DNA of 64,000 bases from Trichoplax sp. H2 (GCA_003344405.1 NOWV01000215.1:1-64000), one strand, 5' to 3'. Counted from the stretch's first letter, positions 26,001 to 40,672 are shown. The notes: a model not told the origin generated them from the sequence alone. A program made the numbers and translations.

Positions 26001-29000
26001 TATTACTTTTCCTGTAGATTTTCGCTTAATGGAAATTGCAAAGGGCATTGCAGTAACTGAAATATTATATAAAGTTGAAGATAAAGCCCTGGGTGACGAC
26101 GTTTGATCTGTATTTGGCAAATCGATCGGAACTTGATAACGTTCCTGGTTGGGATCGTACATTCGAATACGGATTCGCGAACTAGTTTGAGTTTGAATGT
26201 CGACAATAAGTTGCTTTACTGCATTTTGGATAATAACTGGATTATTTTTACATCTTGTTAAATAAGCTCTCATGCCAAAATTCGTTGTGACGATAGATGC
26301 GTTATAAGCTGCATAATTGTGAGGAAAAAAACACCACGGAGCGTTAGCATAATGACCATCATGATTTGGAACCCAACAACAGCCTCTTGCTCTGCATGAA
26401 TTTTCATTTGCACCGTGTTGCGGAAAGCAATCAATTCTTTCTGCAGTTTGTACTGCTAAACATGATGATGATGATGATTCATGGCTTCCACATTGATCGC
26501 TAGGATAAGCTGGTACTTGCTGAGGTGTTTCTTGGGTGTAATTCCAATGAATAATGAATTTTTCGTCAACAGGTATTTGTACTCCACTGATATTTAAGAT
26601 TTTAAACTCACTATCGTATGCATAATTCTCGATAATTGTTTGATTTATAATCAACTCATTTATAGAATAAGCCATGCCGTAGAAAATAATATTCTCTATT
26701 ACACCTTGAATACCGTAGCCCTTATGCAATACTGTGGAAAATAATAAGTTTCCTTCAACAGTGTATCGTATTAATGTATAGTTACCAAGTTGATAAGTGC
26801 TAGCTGATTCTCCGTCATCTAGGTAAAGTTGGCCGTCAGCAGTATTATTATCATCAAGGGCAATTAATAGTGTGTAATTATTCATTCGACTGAGTAGAGT
26901 ATTATTGGAAGGTTCTTGCATAGGCAAAATTGAACCTCCTCGTACATGTAGAGGAATGACATCGGCAGGAGCCGATAAAGAAAGACTGGTTCCTGGTTGA
27001 ATTACTTCTTTTCCAGTATAAAAATCATACCATCGGGAGCTTGGAAAATAAGCATTGACCGTTGTTTTGCCTTGCTCGACAACAGGAGTAATCAATAAAT
27101 TATTTCCCCAAAGAAATTGCTTATCTACTGTTCTGCATGTTTTATCCTTGGGAAAGACTACAAAAAGAGGACGCATAACCGGCACTCCGGTAGAATGAGA
27201 TTCAAACATTAACGTATACAAGTAGGGAAGTAAACGGTACCGAATAAGAAGAACTTTACGGGCATTAGCTGCAAAAGTTGCACCGAAACTAGCTGGGTCT
27301 TGTGGAATAGCAGAATCGCTGTTATGATTTCTTGCCATTACATAGAAAGAGCCTAGCTGCATCCAACGACCACATAATTCAGCATTGCTGTTACCTGAAT
27401 AACCGCAAATATCAGCTCCTACATATGGAATCCCAAATAGGTTAAATTCTAAACAACTTATAATAGATGTCGACATTGCCTCCCAGGACGCGGTATTATC
27501 ACCTAACCAATGACCACTATAACGGCCACTGCCTGGAAAAGTCGATCTTGATAATATTATTCCCCTCTTAAGAGGATTAGCTTTACGAATTCCAGACGAT
27601 GTTGGTAACGTTTCGCTATATCCGTAAATATTATGAACGTTATAATGTCTCGAAGTAAATTGGTAAGAATCCAAACATATTGTTCTTTGATATAAATAAG
27701 TTTCATCGATGCTACCTGCCATTAGATACCGTATAGATTAGAGAATTATTAAAAATTAGTGGTATTTAATTTAGCTAAAATTCATCGTCTTACGAGGTTT
27801 ATAGGGTGGATTATTATATTGGTTAACTGGACATCCTTGAGTGGAACCATCAATAAAATTTGCCGGTTCATTTTTATTCTATATCGTTAGAACAATGATG
27901 TAAAAGTCATTAGGCCTTACATAAAATCTCTAATTATCGTCTTAGATACTGCAAAACTTGAACTGTATTTCTTACAATCCAGATTCCATCAAATTTAATA
28001 ACTTGATGAAACTGCTGAATTTTGTTTATCCACCATTCTTGTGTAGCAGGATTCATAAAATCTAAAAATACTGAATCTCCTATAGCGAGGGCCTTTTCAG
28101 ACATTAGCATGCAGGTAAGAATGGAATAGTCACTGGCGAATTCTACTTCATTTTTGAAAATATTTATATGGCGTATTATAACAATCTCTTACCTTGCCAA
28201 TTAATGGTTTATTACTGCTGCTAGAATTAATAAATAAATTTTGTGCTAGCCCTTCGTTGTATATAGTATAATTAGATATCGACTGATTATTGCTTATGGC
28301 TGGATCCTAAATAAAACAAAATTATATAAAGACAAATCTATGGTAAGCTTTTATCGAAAATTTATGGTATAGGTAAACGAAATTTTAATTTTGTATTAAA
28401 AATAACTGTTTTGGACAATTTTATTCTAGTCGAACTACAAGCTCCTACCAAGGTAATCAAATAATGTATTCCCATTTCATGTAGCTTGTTAACGTAATTG
28501 GGCAAGCCTGCATACGTATTTTCATTATAGGTAAAATCCAAATTTGCTCGCATATAGTCAATATCACTTAAGATTACGTCCTATATTATATTTGGTAAAA
28601 TAATAATGTAATTATTTTATCTCATTTCTGTATTGTTTATATTTCAGGCTACATACCACTGGAATATTGAAATTGCGATTGTTTTCTAATACATCTTTAA
28701 TTTGCTGCAAGTTCTTATATCCATATCGACTTAATTGAAAACCAAGAGACCAATAAGGAGGTAGAAGTGGCAATCCAATTGTCTGTTGGGAAAATGAGTA
28801 AGACTGCTAAGCGTGACAGTACGGCTGAATTTGGCACAATAATGTTGCATACGAATTGAACGTTTACAGCCAAGAGTCAGAAGAAAGAGCCATTCTATTA
28901 ACATTACGGACTTTCTTTGAATAATACTTAAAGTATCTGCATGAACTGAAACTACTAATCATCTCTAGTACGCGATCCTCAATTAATGCTAATGTGTGCG

Positions 29001-32000
29001 TTCAAATAGTGCCAATGAATGTAAATTCGGATTATGCGACAGTAATACCTGTATGTAATCGCTAATAACATCCAGAGGGTTATTGCCGACGTAAATAAAC
29101 AAATCAATGATACCTCCAGTGATGTAATATGTTATAGCTGGTGCTGGAGTAATTTCCACTTCTGTTGATTAAATTGATAAACATAGAACGAGTCGATTAA
29201 GTGTAAATGCAAATAAATCATTCACTGTACTGTATCTAAACTAGCGTATTTCAGTCATTTACAAAAAAAATTCTCTAGTAACGTAGTTATTTAGTTATTG
29301 TAAAGCTATAATGACCCAAAGCATTGCTATTTAAGAGGAAAATGCCATTGGAATTGCCGTCGTCATCTTCAATGTTGAGATAAAATGGATGTACTCCGTA
29401 TAAATTTTTATCAGCCTAATTATACAAAATACAAAATTTAATTTAGTCATCGTGAATATATAGCGGCTTTTGTGCTAATGCCACAAAGTTAAGCAAATAG
29501 CAGTGATTAAGGAATTAATTCAGTACCTGAGGTTGGTTATTAGCCGAGAACATCCCCCATCGTTTCCAGTTAAAATTTTGATGTTTTAACTGTTGATGCT
29601 GATGCTCTCCGAAACCGTATAAATCCGTAGATTGTATCTTTGTAGCAAATTGAATATACTGGTCCTCAAATACCAGGTTGGCCAGGCTGGTATCAAATCT
29701 AATAAAGTAAACTAGTTAACCAGACTTCCTCTAGTCCCAATAACTATTTTTACATAAATCAATTGTGTATAGAACGCAGCAGAGTACTTGTAAACAGTGC
29801 TATCATATGAGATGATGACTTTTATTACATCTCAGTGACACTGTAATAATTCTTAATATCCGTTTTAAGCGCGAATTTTACAGTTGATGAGAATGGGCAG
29901 TCATGAAAATCAAAGGCTATATCTTCAATAAAGTATCATAGCAACCTTTAATTACTCAATTGCAAATGCTTACAGTATTAGAAGATATGAGAGCAATAAC
30001 TTTTAAGACTTACACAACAGCATTGGTCGATTTTCTAGTAACAGAAATAGAAAATGGGAATTCTTGAACTTCAACTGAATATGCCGGTTCTAAAGGAGCT
30101 TGTGTTTTGTTCCGATTTAATCCTGGTAAATCAAGTGGAACCGTATATCTGGCACTGTTTGCATCGAATATCTGATAACGAAGATAGTAATAAATTGCTT
30201 ATCACCCATACCGTACTATGCATTTTCTGGTAACTTAAGACCAATATAAGTATTGATACAAAGATAGCGTAGTAATGTGATATGTTAGTTATTAGTATAG
30301 GGGAAACTTACCTTTATTCTTAACCTCGAATTTGTTTGATAGTCGATATCAAGAATTAGATAATGAATTGCAATACTGTACATTGTTGATGCCTGATTAC
30401 ATCGTGTAAGGTAAGCTTTGATGCCATAGTTTGTTTTTTCCGCTGCAGCGCGATAATGCGAATAATTTGCGGGATAAAAGCACCACGGTGCTCCTTTTAC
30501 CTGAACAGGAGACCAGCAACATCCATTTTCTTCACAAATTTGTTGATTTATGCTGCTGGAAGTACAATCTATGCGCTTGTTTACTTCAACATTTGCGCAA
30601 GCTTGGCTTCGTTGCCATGAAGATGTGCAATTATTTGTGGGGAAATGTGTAGGAATGGAAGAAGCGGTTGGGGCTAATATTTGTGTAGATGATAAGTCAT
30701 TATCGACTAAAGTTGAAGACGAGATAATTTCCGAAATTGTGGTCGAATGTAAGCCGATATTTGAAGGCGAATTCAAAACAAATGTAGCCGTTGGACTTAA
30801 ATTTTGCGTCAAGAATAGATTCGAATCTGATGAGACAGAAGGTAAGATAACTTCCGGGGTATGATGAGGCGAAACAGGAGAAGACTCCACTGTTAGTATT
30901 TCGGAAGAGCGTGATTCAATTTCTGTTAGATGGGAAGAAAAAGAGGCACTTTCCGCAATTGTGGGAGGGATCAAGCTACTAACTAAAGGTGAATTCCAAA
31001 CCGAAGATCCGGATGAATTCAGAATTTGAGTAGAGGACAAGTCCGCATCCGTCAAGGTTGAAAAGGAGTTAACCTCCAATAGCACAGAAGAATACAAACT
31101 ACGGCTTAAAGGAAGGTTCAACATCGACGATGTTGTAAATGGATTCTGGCTTATCAATGAATCAGTATCACTTAATGCAAAAGAAGCCGTTTCTGAAGTA
31201 AGACTGGATGAAAGGCTGGAACCAGCTAAAGCCGATATTAGAGATGAGGGCAAATAAGTATTTACCAAAACTGAAGAAGAGATTGCTTCTGATATTATAG
31301 ATGATGTCGGAGTAAAATTTCGTGTTGAGAGTGAGTCAGTATCAGCTAAAATAGAAGAGAAGAAAATTTCTGAAGTAGAACTGGATGAAAAAGAGTAATC
31401 AGGTAGAGTTGGAGAGTATAAGTTAGTACTTGATAAGACTGAAGAAGAATAGATTTCCGAAGTAGAAAGAGATGAAAATATTGGTACTTGTGTAGACGAT
31501 AAATTATTATCTATAGAAATAGAAGAGGATATTATTTCTAAAATTTTCGAAGAAAAGCTACTGCGTAATGGTAACTCAGAAGATCCAGACGGCGTAAATT
31601 GTTGGATGGAGGATAAATCGGTATCTACTTTTGCTAGAGACGAAATAGTTTCTGAAGTAGTATAAGATGGAATCGATGAAATAATTGGAGGTATTTGTGT
31701 TAGTTTAGAAGACAGATTAGAGTCTACAAGAATAGTTGAAGAGAAACCTACTGTAGAATCTAAGCTTACACTCATGTATGAATTCCAGGTTGAAACAGTA
31801 GATAAGATCAATGCCGGTGTAGAGGAAAAATCAGTATCTTTGGAAATCGAGGAAGTGATAATTTCTGAATTTTTTGATGAAAATAAATTGTTAATTGAAG
31901 GCAATTTCCAAGAAGAATATGTCGGAAGCAATTCTGTCGAAGATAAACCGTTAGTCTCGACGTCGGAGTTAGAAACAAGTTTTGATATTGCCAGCGAGCT

Positions 32001-34360
32001 TAAATTGTAATTGTTAGTCGTTACTAAACTTAATGACGCAGCTTTGGTTAATATATCTGAGGTGATCATATCAAATCCTGCGGTGTTAGTATGAGATGTA
32101 AAAGTTTGATCTTGAATAATTGAAGATAGGGTAGATAACGATTTGCCAGTTAAAGGTGCAATATTACTAGACATTTGATTTACTGTTGGAACAGATCCTT
32201 CGCTGATAACTAGCACCGACGTAGATTGTATACTGTTGATCAATGACGTTGGTTGTATTGAAGGAAAACTGCTGATAGGCTCGAAATTCGGATGCGATGA
32301 AGTACTAAAGGACAACCGGTAAAAGCTAGAAAATTTTGACTGTTGAGGAGTCAAAGGTATAAAAGTTGAAGAATGAGCGGCGGTGGTGCCAATATTCTCT
32401 TCTTTGCTATTGATAGAGGACATTAAATCTGTTCTTGATAACTCTTGAAAATACAAGCTAATAGAAGATAAAGTAGAACCAGATGGCTCCTTGCTAGTGA
32501 AGGAAGTTATTGAATCGAAACTAGTCAAGCCTTGAATTTTGGTCAAAATCAGAGTTGTAGGAGAAACTGAATGTTGTCTAGAGGCTATAGTATGATAGCT
32601 ATAGTACTCTGGCATTGATTGAAAATTTGTATTAATTCGAGATAAGGTATTGGAGCCCACATTTTGTGAAACAGTCTGTGATAATAATGAATTTGAAGGT
32701 ATCTGATCGCTCTTGTAGCATGGCATATTGCTATTCATTGCATTAATTGTATTGCAAGATTCGACTTCGGTCGATAGAATCGATGATCCTGCTATGGTTG
32801 AACTTTGATGAATTGAAGTCGTGTAGGATGCAGTTTGCTTTATTTCTTCATTTGAATAACTTTGCAGAGAAAATTTCGATGGTACTATAGTTAAGCTGGT
32901 AGCGACCACAGAAGGCCTTTCTGTTCCATAATTAAAACTTGAATATGTGACCGAATTTTGCTGCAGCGTTTTGGAAATTTGATCGCTGGTTACAATAGAA
33001 GCTGACATGCTTGGGTTGTCTAGAGAATTTTGCTGCTTAGTTTCTGAAATGGTAACTTGTTTGGATGAAATATCGCTAGTATCAGGTGCTGCTCCTAGAG
33101 ATGTGGATATTTTTGTTATTTGTGACCTTAAACTTAGTACATCTGTTGACGATATTTCATACTGGTTGTCGTTCATAGAAGCAGACCTAGTTGCAGTTGA
33201 GATTGAATTGATCGCACCTCCAGACATCGACGACGGGAACGCTACAGTGCTTAAATCTTCCTAAATTGATACAATTATATAGATAGTGCTTAGTTCTTTT
33301 GCGATTGGGTTCTAGGTTCAATCGTTAAATAGCTATATTCCTAAAAGTTAGAATGTCTGTTAGCTTCTATCAAATAACTGACTTTAAAAATTTATAGTTA
33401 TAGAAAAAGTGTGCTAGTTGTTGATTTAATTTCAGACTGGATATCGGTTATGGTCGATGAAGCCATTCAAAAAAATTGTTGTTATATATCTAAAAAATTC
33501 TAATCTGATTTTTTAGTAATCATAGCTAAATACCGTATATACAATAGCAATAAATAATTTAGTCTTGTACCTAATAAACAGTAGTGATGTTTCAAGCTTT
33601 AAAGAAGAATTATTTATGAGCGTCTAAAATATCGTCCATTGTCACAATGTGCTATCTAGAATAGTGTTAAGCAGGATACAGAATTGGCTCTTAATTTGAT
33701 TAAATTGTTAATCTTGAGGGTAATTGTTGTGCATATGATTTCTTGCTTAGATATCATTAGCATACCCGAAGCTCGTATGTGCATATCATAATAATTGGTT
33801 ATGCCACTATTCTGGCATATATACTTAAGTTCTATTTTCGTTATAGCAATTAAATCATACATTATCGTAAACTTTTATAGCTTCTTGCTAGTACTTTTAT
33901 TGGGTAGGAGATTAAGAAAAATCGAATAACATATGATAGTACTGTAATTATTTTAATAATTAATGGATATGAATGTATTAAATACTATCATTCTGATATA
34001 ATATAGACCGTTAAAATGATATGACAGTAATCTTCACTATGGCTTGCTGAATTTATATCTGATAAATACTTACTAAAATGTATAAAGGCTACTTCTTATT
34101 ATATATAAATCTTACAGTCGAAAAATACCAACCTGTTTCAATGTTGTTTTAAGTGACTGGTAAGAAGAGGGTACTGTTAAAAAAGCTGAGTCCGTAGGGG
34201 ATGTAGTATCCACAGGCAATTGCGTTCCTGTTAGAGCTTGAAATTCCAACAAGTTTGGTACCGAGACGTAAGCAATCGGTACCACAAAGATGGTAGTAAT
34301 AGTAGCTACAAATGCTACGCCGATGAGTAGTTTCATAGAATTATTCATAAACAACTTCAT
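23072..34360 (-). CDS. Type II membrane two-domain GH31 alpha-glucosidase (sucrase-isomaltase/maltase-glucoamylase-like): N-terminal anchor, ~880-aa Ser/Thr stalk, trefoil-GH31, trefoil-GH31
   Basis: Hydrophobic anchor [22 protein letters not shown] (exon 34133-34360). Exon 30312-33260 holds the stalk and a trefoil (RIDC..C..NGCCW..APWCFYP). GH31 motifs [33 protein letters not shown](V/I)GADICG and RNHN each occur twice. Last exon ends [20 protein letters not shown]. Confidence 0.92.
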
Positions 34361-37300
34361 TTTTATTCTGCTGCTGGTGTAGAAGTGATATTAATAATGA
34401 TTATAGAAGACTTTAGGAATACATCAAAGTTTGCAAAGTGATTACAAGGGCCTTCAAATTTCGCCTCTAATCTTTAATCATGTTGATGGTATGTTGATCT
34501 AGGAACGATTATGATGATGGAAACTCGTATCTCGAAATATTAGTAACGAATGTTACGGATAAGGCACGTTTGCTTCTATTGTTTATGGCATAGACTTTAT
34601 ATACGGATAATCCAAGCAAGTACACTCTTAATTATTTACTTAGTATGTTTACATTTGAGCTTACGTGCTACATTAAAAATAATGGTGGATAGGGTTAAAA
34701 ATCAATTACGGTAAGGAAAGAATAATAATTAAGTTTTGATCCTTTACTACCATAATTTGTATGGCTCAATCAGATCTATGTTACGAAGTCACATATTGTC
34801 CGGGTAGTGACTAGGAAGCGTATACAGTAAGATAATCTAGATGTGAATGTTCTTTCGATGCATTGCTTAATGCAAAATATGTTCCCATTCATTTGAACGA
34901 GTAATTTACTAGTAATTTATAAACGCTCAATCTTTCATTCTCTTACAATTCTTGGTAACACTTCCAAGTCTTCCATAATGGAATACATTTATAATATGAA
35001 AAATCATTATAGAAATTAGATGGCATATTACTAAACCTTGGCAATGTCTTAGTTGTTAGCACTTGAAAGTTCTTGCTATAGATACCTTCAGATCTTTCTT
35101 ATTTAAGAAATGCTATCATTATGATAGTATATAGAAATTAGTTTGTGTTATGCAGTATAATATCTAGGCAATTTTGCTCATTATTCTATATCTGATCACT
35201 GCTATTTATTAGCTAGCCACAATAGGTAAGCTTCTAAGAAAGTATTGATTTTTCATGGTTTATTTGTAGATAGATGATATTTTACAATTTGTCTAAATTT
35301 TAGATATTTTGCAAGTATTTATTGTAAATACTGGAGAAATTCTTGAAGTTTGAGATAGTTATTGAGCTCCTAGGGTATGGAATTGGAACTGATTGCATTA
35401 AAGAAGGCTAAGTATGAAATACTGGAAATTTTATCTGTTTTCTTAAACGATGCCAGTCGTTGTTTATTAGTTACTTATTATACCGTGAATATACATTTTT
35501 CCATAGGGCAATTTAATTGCTTGGCGTTAGGGTTTGTGTATGCGGCAAAAATTCAGATTGGAATGTTATAATGATGAATCTATAGCTGTAATAAATAAAG
35601 CATATCCTCTACATGGGAATATTAAATTAGTTCGTTAATTACTTTAATTATCTGATTCTAAAAATATAATTACGATGGTCATTTAAGTTAACTATAAAAG
35701 AATGTTATAAGTATAGTAACTATTGCGTAATAAAGTTAATTTCAAATTTACTTTCTTTCAGAATCTGATTAATTTTACTATGGTATGAGTCAACCTTCTA
35801 ACACTATGGTATTTTAATTGAAATCTCTATCATAATTTGTTATGCATACTATATGGAAGTATCTTTAGTATAAAATCTAGGTACACTACAAATACCAAAT
35901 GTAGTATGCGTGTCTCTGGAAAATTCTGAGGCTATTCGTACCTGTATATATTACAATGCATCTCATTTTATTTTCATTAACTACGGAATGTATTACGAAA
36001 TTCACTGAAAGTAAGTTAAGAATTTCTGTTATTAAATAATTCTAATGTTAATGTGCATACTGTACAGTATATGGAATTAGAATTATTTACGTATGAGTAA
36101 TTGTAAAGCGCAGGAAGTGACTATCTTAAACAATAGAAAATATTCAAAGGTATGCTAGTTGTTTAGCGGATATTTTATTGTAAACGATTTTTTTATATGT
36201 AAAGTAAAACTGTGGAATGCTTGTTATAGAGATGAAATATCTATAGCTAGTTGAGTAGTAGATGTTGGACACACTCATATTAACTAATAATTATGAATAA
36301 ACATTATATGACTATCGTTAAAGTTTTCTAAATTACATGGCACAGAATTATAAGTTTAGAGAAATTGAAAAAGCCTGAATTTAAATTGAGCGAAGTGCGA
36401 AGAAAATTTGTATACTCATATTTGGTAATATGGGCATGATATACGGTAATTAGATTTAACATATATTACAAAATGATTTGTGTTCGATTTTATATAAAAT
36501 TGTCTGAAGCTATCATAAATGGCATGTTTGTCTTCGTTATCTTTCTAGGGGCTACGTTGTCTATTTCTATGAATATTATATTGTACTTCAATTTACCGCT
36601 TATTAAATTATATGCAATAAAGCACTGATTACTATGTACATCTTTATACTTTTGAGCTAATTTCTTAGGCAGTTAATGACGAACTAGCCCATGGAATGTC
36701 AAAACATTACAGAAAGTTGTCTCCAAATAGACTTTTAGTTATACGATTAGTCGCTAGTTGACTTATAAACCATGAATTCATCATATCTTGGATCTACTAA
36801 TAATGCAAGGGAATATTATTAAAAGAATTTAGCCTCGTCTGTTTATTGTGCGAAAGTGAATATAGATATAGGAATAATGGAAAAGCGCTCATTGGAAGTT
36901 TATTCGCGCTAAATTTGAATCTTTTAATAATTATTGGCATTGTAGATGAAGTAGATCATATAGCGTGAAATTGAGTGTTGGATCAGTAACTGGTCATTCC
37001 GATCATTTTATCATAACTAATTAAAAGAGTTGTCGTAGTTGCATAATTATAGCTTGAGTACTTTTTTACAAGTAGGATTAGACATCTAATAATAAGGTGA
37101 CAAATGATGTTTGATTATAGTGCAAATTTTCAGTCTTAAGCGTACAGTATATCGTAGCTTTGCAGATTTAATTTCTCTGACAAAGAAATTACAGTACTTT
37201 AATTCAGGCATCACTTGGCATCAAGCTGGAATAGAATTGCATTGATAGACGTAATACACATTAGTGTAAAATATAACTAACTTACTGACATGATTAAGGT

Positions 37301-37959
37301 GATCACTCTATTTATGTCAGTAGCCTTGGTTGTTCAATGCAATTCGAGAGTTTGGAACCATAAAATTCTGCATTGTTTATTAAGATAATTTTAATCATTT
37401 ACGTACAAAGTAACGCTTACAATAATTATTTTTTGCATGTTATTTACTACGGGTGTAAAATTTCAATGAAATTAATAAGCAATATACATTATCGGGGCTT
37501 TTACAATAGCATCTTGCGTAGTTACAATATCTTCTGAAAATATCAGAATAGTCAATTTAGTGGTAAAACTACAAAAGCTTACACTAGCGAGAAATTGATT
37601 CGTTATACTCGTGTATGTCAGCTAGAACCCAGTTTATTAATTGCAGTATTCATTAATGCATAAAGCTAGAGCATATTTTTAATATAGCATTAAGTTTAGC
37701 TATGATTTTACGTCTTATTAATCAATTTTTAGATCAGCAGCTAGGACAGTTTCACCCATTGATATCGCTTAGTAGCCTGTATCTAACTGATGACTTGGTA
37801 CGCATTGAATATAGCATAGCGCCATATCGCAGAAAGCAGCTTATTCTTATGTTTAGAATAGGACAATCTCCACCGTGGAATGAAATTGATAGAACTTATG
37901 GCACAATTAAATTATCATGTTAAATAGTATTTACGAATTTCTTTACAATGCCGCCATTT

Positions 37960-40074
37960 TTAGCGGATATCAGTAGGCCATTTTGTATGGAAGGGTTGAG
38001 ATTTGAAAGATAGTCCATTAGAAGGCCTTGAAATAACATCATCATCTTCACAGCAAAAGACGATTACACTTGGAGTTGTAGCTGTACCTTTATGAAGTTC
38101 ATGTTCTTCACCAGGAGCTAACTCCGTTACGGCTGTCAGCAACTGATAATCAACATGTGGCGCACTTTCAGTAATAGGTTCCCAATCTATCGGTGGTGAT
38201 GCCGGTGGCGATAATAAATACTGTTTGGTTGGCGTTGGAGGGCGTAAGTAACGGTCTTCATCGGATACTTTTGGTACCTGGGTTTTTTATAATATCACGT
38301 TAACATAGTCCGCAGTATTGTAAATTTGTAGCGTCATAAATTTGTCAGAAAATGACTGCAGACTGTAATATGGTATTAACTCGTAGAGTATAAATCGGCT
38401 TTGATATATCTAGGATAAGGATTGTTATTTAAATACAGCCATAACATAAATCTGTTACCTGTATCAATATGACTTTTATTGGTTCGCCATGAAACGGTAT
38501 TTGGTGTAGTTTTGCTTGAGCGATTTCGGCATTGTTTCTATTTTCAAAAGTGACTCTTACTTTCTTGAAATTTTTCAAATAATTAAATCTGATATTGTTA
38601 TCCACTGTTCTGAAAAGCTGTTCAAATTCTCTCTGTATATTAATAAGAATACAATATAAGAATTTCATCTCATGAAAAGGTATACGAGTATTTTATTACT
38701 TCCGTGGTAGTGAACGGTAATGGATAACTGGAAATTTCTAAAATTAGGTATTGATGCCACACGACCGAAAAAATCTCTGATTTAAGTAACAATCTACGCG
38801 TATTCATCACTACTACTTCATTTTCAATTCACTGGGATGATGTTCTGCTCATACATTCAAGAAGAGATGTGGAAATGGATTATAAAATAATACAGCATGC
38901 AGTAATATAAAATTGATTTATAACATTAGTTGTAACGATCACTGCTACGATGATAATATCGCTGTATAACAAAATAATACCAGGCTAACGTATTAATTCA
39001 AAAGATGTTATCATTAAAATACAAGAAGAATCAGAAGACAGTGAAACTCTTCCTGCAGTATATTAACGACTACAAAAGTCGAACGGAATTCAACGCAACA
39101 TCAAGTGATGAAATAGTTTCGAACTTACGCGTAATGTACAATAAGTGTACATGATGTATAGTACTACACTTTTCGTTATCTATGTTCAATGATGTTGACA
39201 TCATGATGATTATTTACTGTAACAACAATAACAAAATGAATCATGAATTATAACATTTTAGTCCATGCATCATTCTAACGTTAAGTCAATCATGGCTAAC
39301 GAGAATAGGGTACTGTAATCTATTGGCGTTCATTTCATTTTATATAGGGAAATACAAAATCACTCCTATTTCATTGCACTACATCGGCTATGCAAAGTCA
39401 GAGTCACTTGCTAGTACTGACAAAAATACTGTTGCATGGTTAAATTACTTGTGGCAGCGATTAAGTCAAGTACTGGACGTGTACAGCATTGGCAACTTTA
39501 TTACTGCAGAACGGAATCCCAATTTCTGAATAATCCAGTAGTCGTATAACGAAAGAATTTTAGTTTATGCATTATTTCATGCAGGCAAGATTGTCAACGA
39601 ACATTTGATAAAGCCGAAGATGGATCGTTTGAGTCAGTCACTAATTAATTGTACTGTATAATAGTGTATATATAGTATAGCAGTTTAACTATTTCAACGC
39701 ATATCATTGTTGATGCCGGATTCTATCATCAAATTGAGGCTCCATAGCAGTGATTTCTACAGTATTTTGCTCTACGGTACCATGATCCGATTAATGTAAT
39801 ATATCATACAAAATGGTGGAAAAATATTGACGAGATTGGATTACAGACGTAACCACATAATCGACAGCAAAGTCTAGATGGATAACACTTAAAATCATCA
39901 ATTTACAATGTTGATGATTAATACCTTTAAAGATAGGTCTTGGAAGAAAGCATCTGGTAAATCAGCGATAGATAAAACGGTTTGATTTTCGGCTTGTTCG
40001 TGTTGCGAAAAATCATCTTTTACAGCGTCATCATTCACGTTTTCATTGGTAGTATGATTATAATTATCTAACAT
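37960..40074 (-). CDS. RCAN: Regulator of calcineurin (calcipressin/DSCR1), three exons
   Basis: Exons ~39925-40074, ~38459-38633 (FEQLFR..FNYLKNFKKVRVTF, RRM-like) and 37960-~38277 (LRPPTPTKQYLLSPPASPPIDWEP; ELHKGTATTPSVIVFCCE). Confidence 0.93.
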
Positions 40075-40593
40075 GGCTAATTGAAAACAATATCAATATG
40101 ATATAGTGCTATGGTTGATTTTGAATCGATCAAAAAATGATAATGTGTACGTATTCGTATGTTATGCGCATCGACAGGGTGATACAAATATATGGAAACG
40201 CTTTGCAGTTTTTTGTATGGATAATGTTTGCCCAATTTTCTTCGCTTCAAATTGTGCAGCCAGTTTAGAATTTTCTACTTGAATCCGATCAAAAGCTTGG
40301 TGGATGGTCTCAAGCAAAGTTGTTTACTACAGTAGAATGTACACTATACTAAGAAAAAAATCATTCGAGTACTGTACACAGTGAGTGAGTGAGTGTACAC
40401 TGTACAGTACAGTACTGTACAGTACTGTACTGTAGTTCTTGCTTTACCTCTACAGTACTGTACAGTTTGTATTTCATCAACATACTGTACGTACTGTACG
40501 GAGGAACAAGGCCTACTGTACACTGTACTGTACAGTAAGAAGAGTGGATAGGAATTTTTTAAATTGTCTATTTTTCCTTCTTTCTTCAACTTC

Positions 40594-40665
40594 GCCGTGA
40601 TAGTATAGTGGTCAGTACTTTGCGTTGTGGCCGCAAAAACCCAGGTTCGAATCCTGGTCACGGCA
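40594..40665 (+). tRNA. tRNA-His(GTG)
   Basis: GCCGTGA/TCACGGC acceptor stem, A box TAGTATAGTGG, anticodon arm TTGCG-TTGTGGC-CGCAA, B box GGTTCGAATCC; 72 nt. Confidence 0.97.
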
Positions 40666-40672
40666 TTTTTTT
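40666..40672 (+). terminator. RNA polymerase III oligo-T terminator
   Basis: T7 run immediately after the tRNA discriminator base. Confidence 0.85.

Noticed and set aside
30431..33264. Plus-strand ORFs opposite the Ser/Thr stalk, and antisense ORFs opposite REV3 exons and the orphan gene
   Set aside because: Shadow ORFs of real coding exons with no independent motifs.
34400..37950. 3.5-kb gap between the GH31 gene and RCAN
   Set aside because: Very AT-rich with no recognisable exons, RNA genes or repeats; probably promoter plus 3' UTR.
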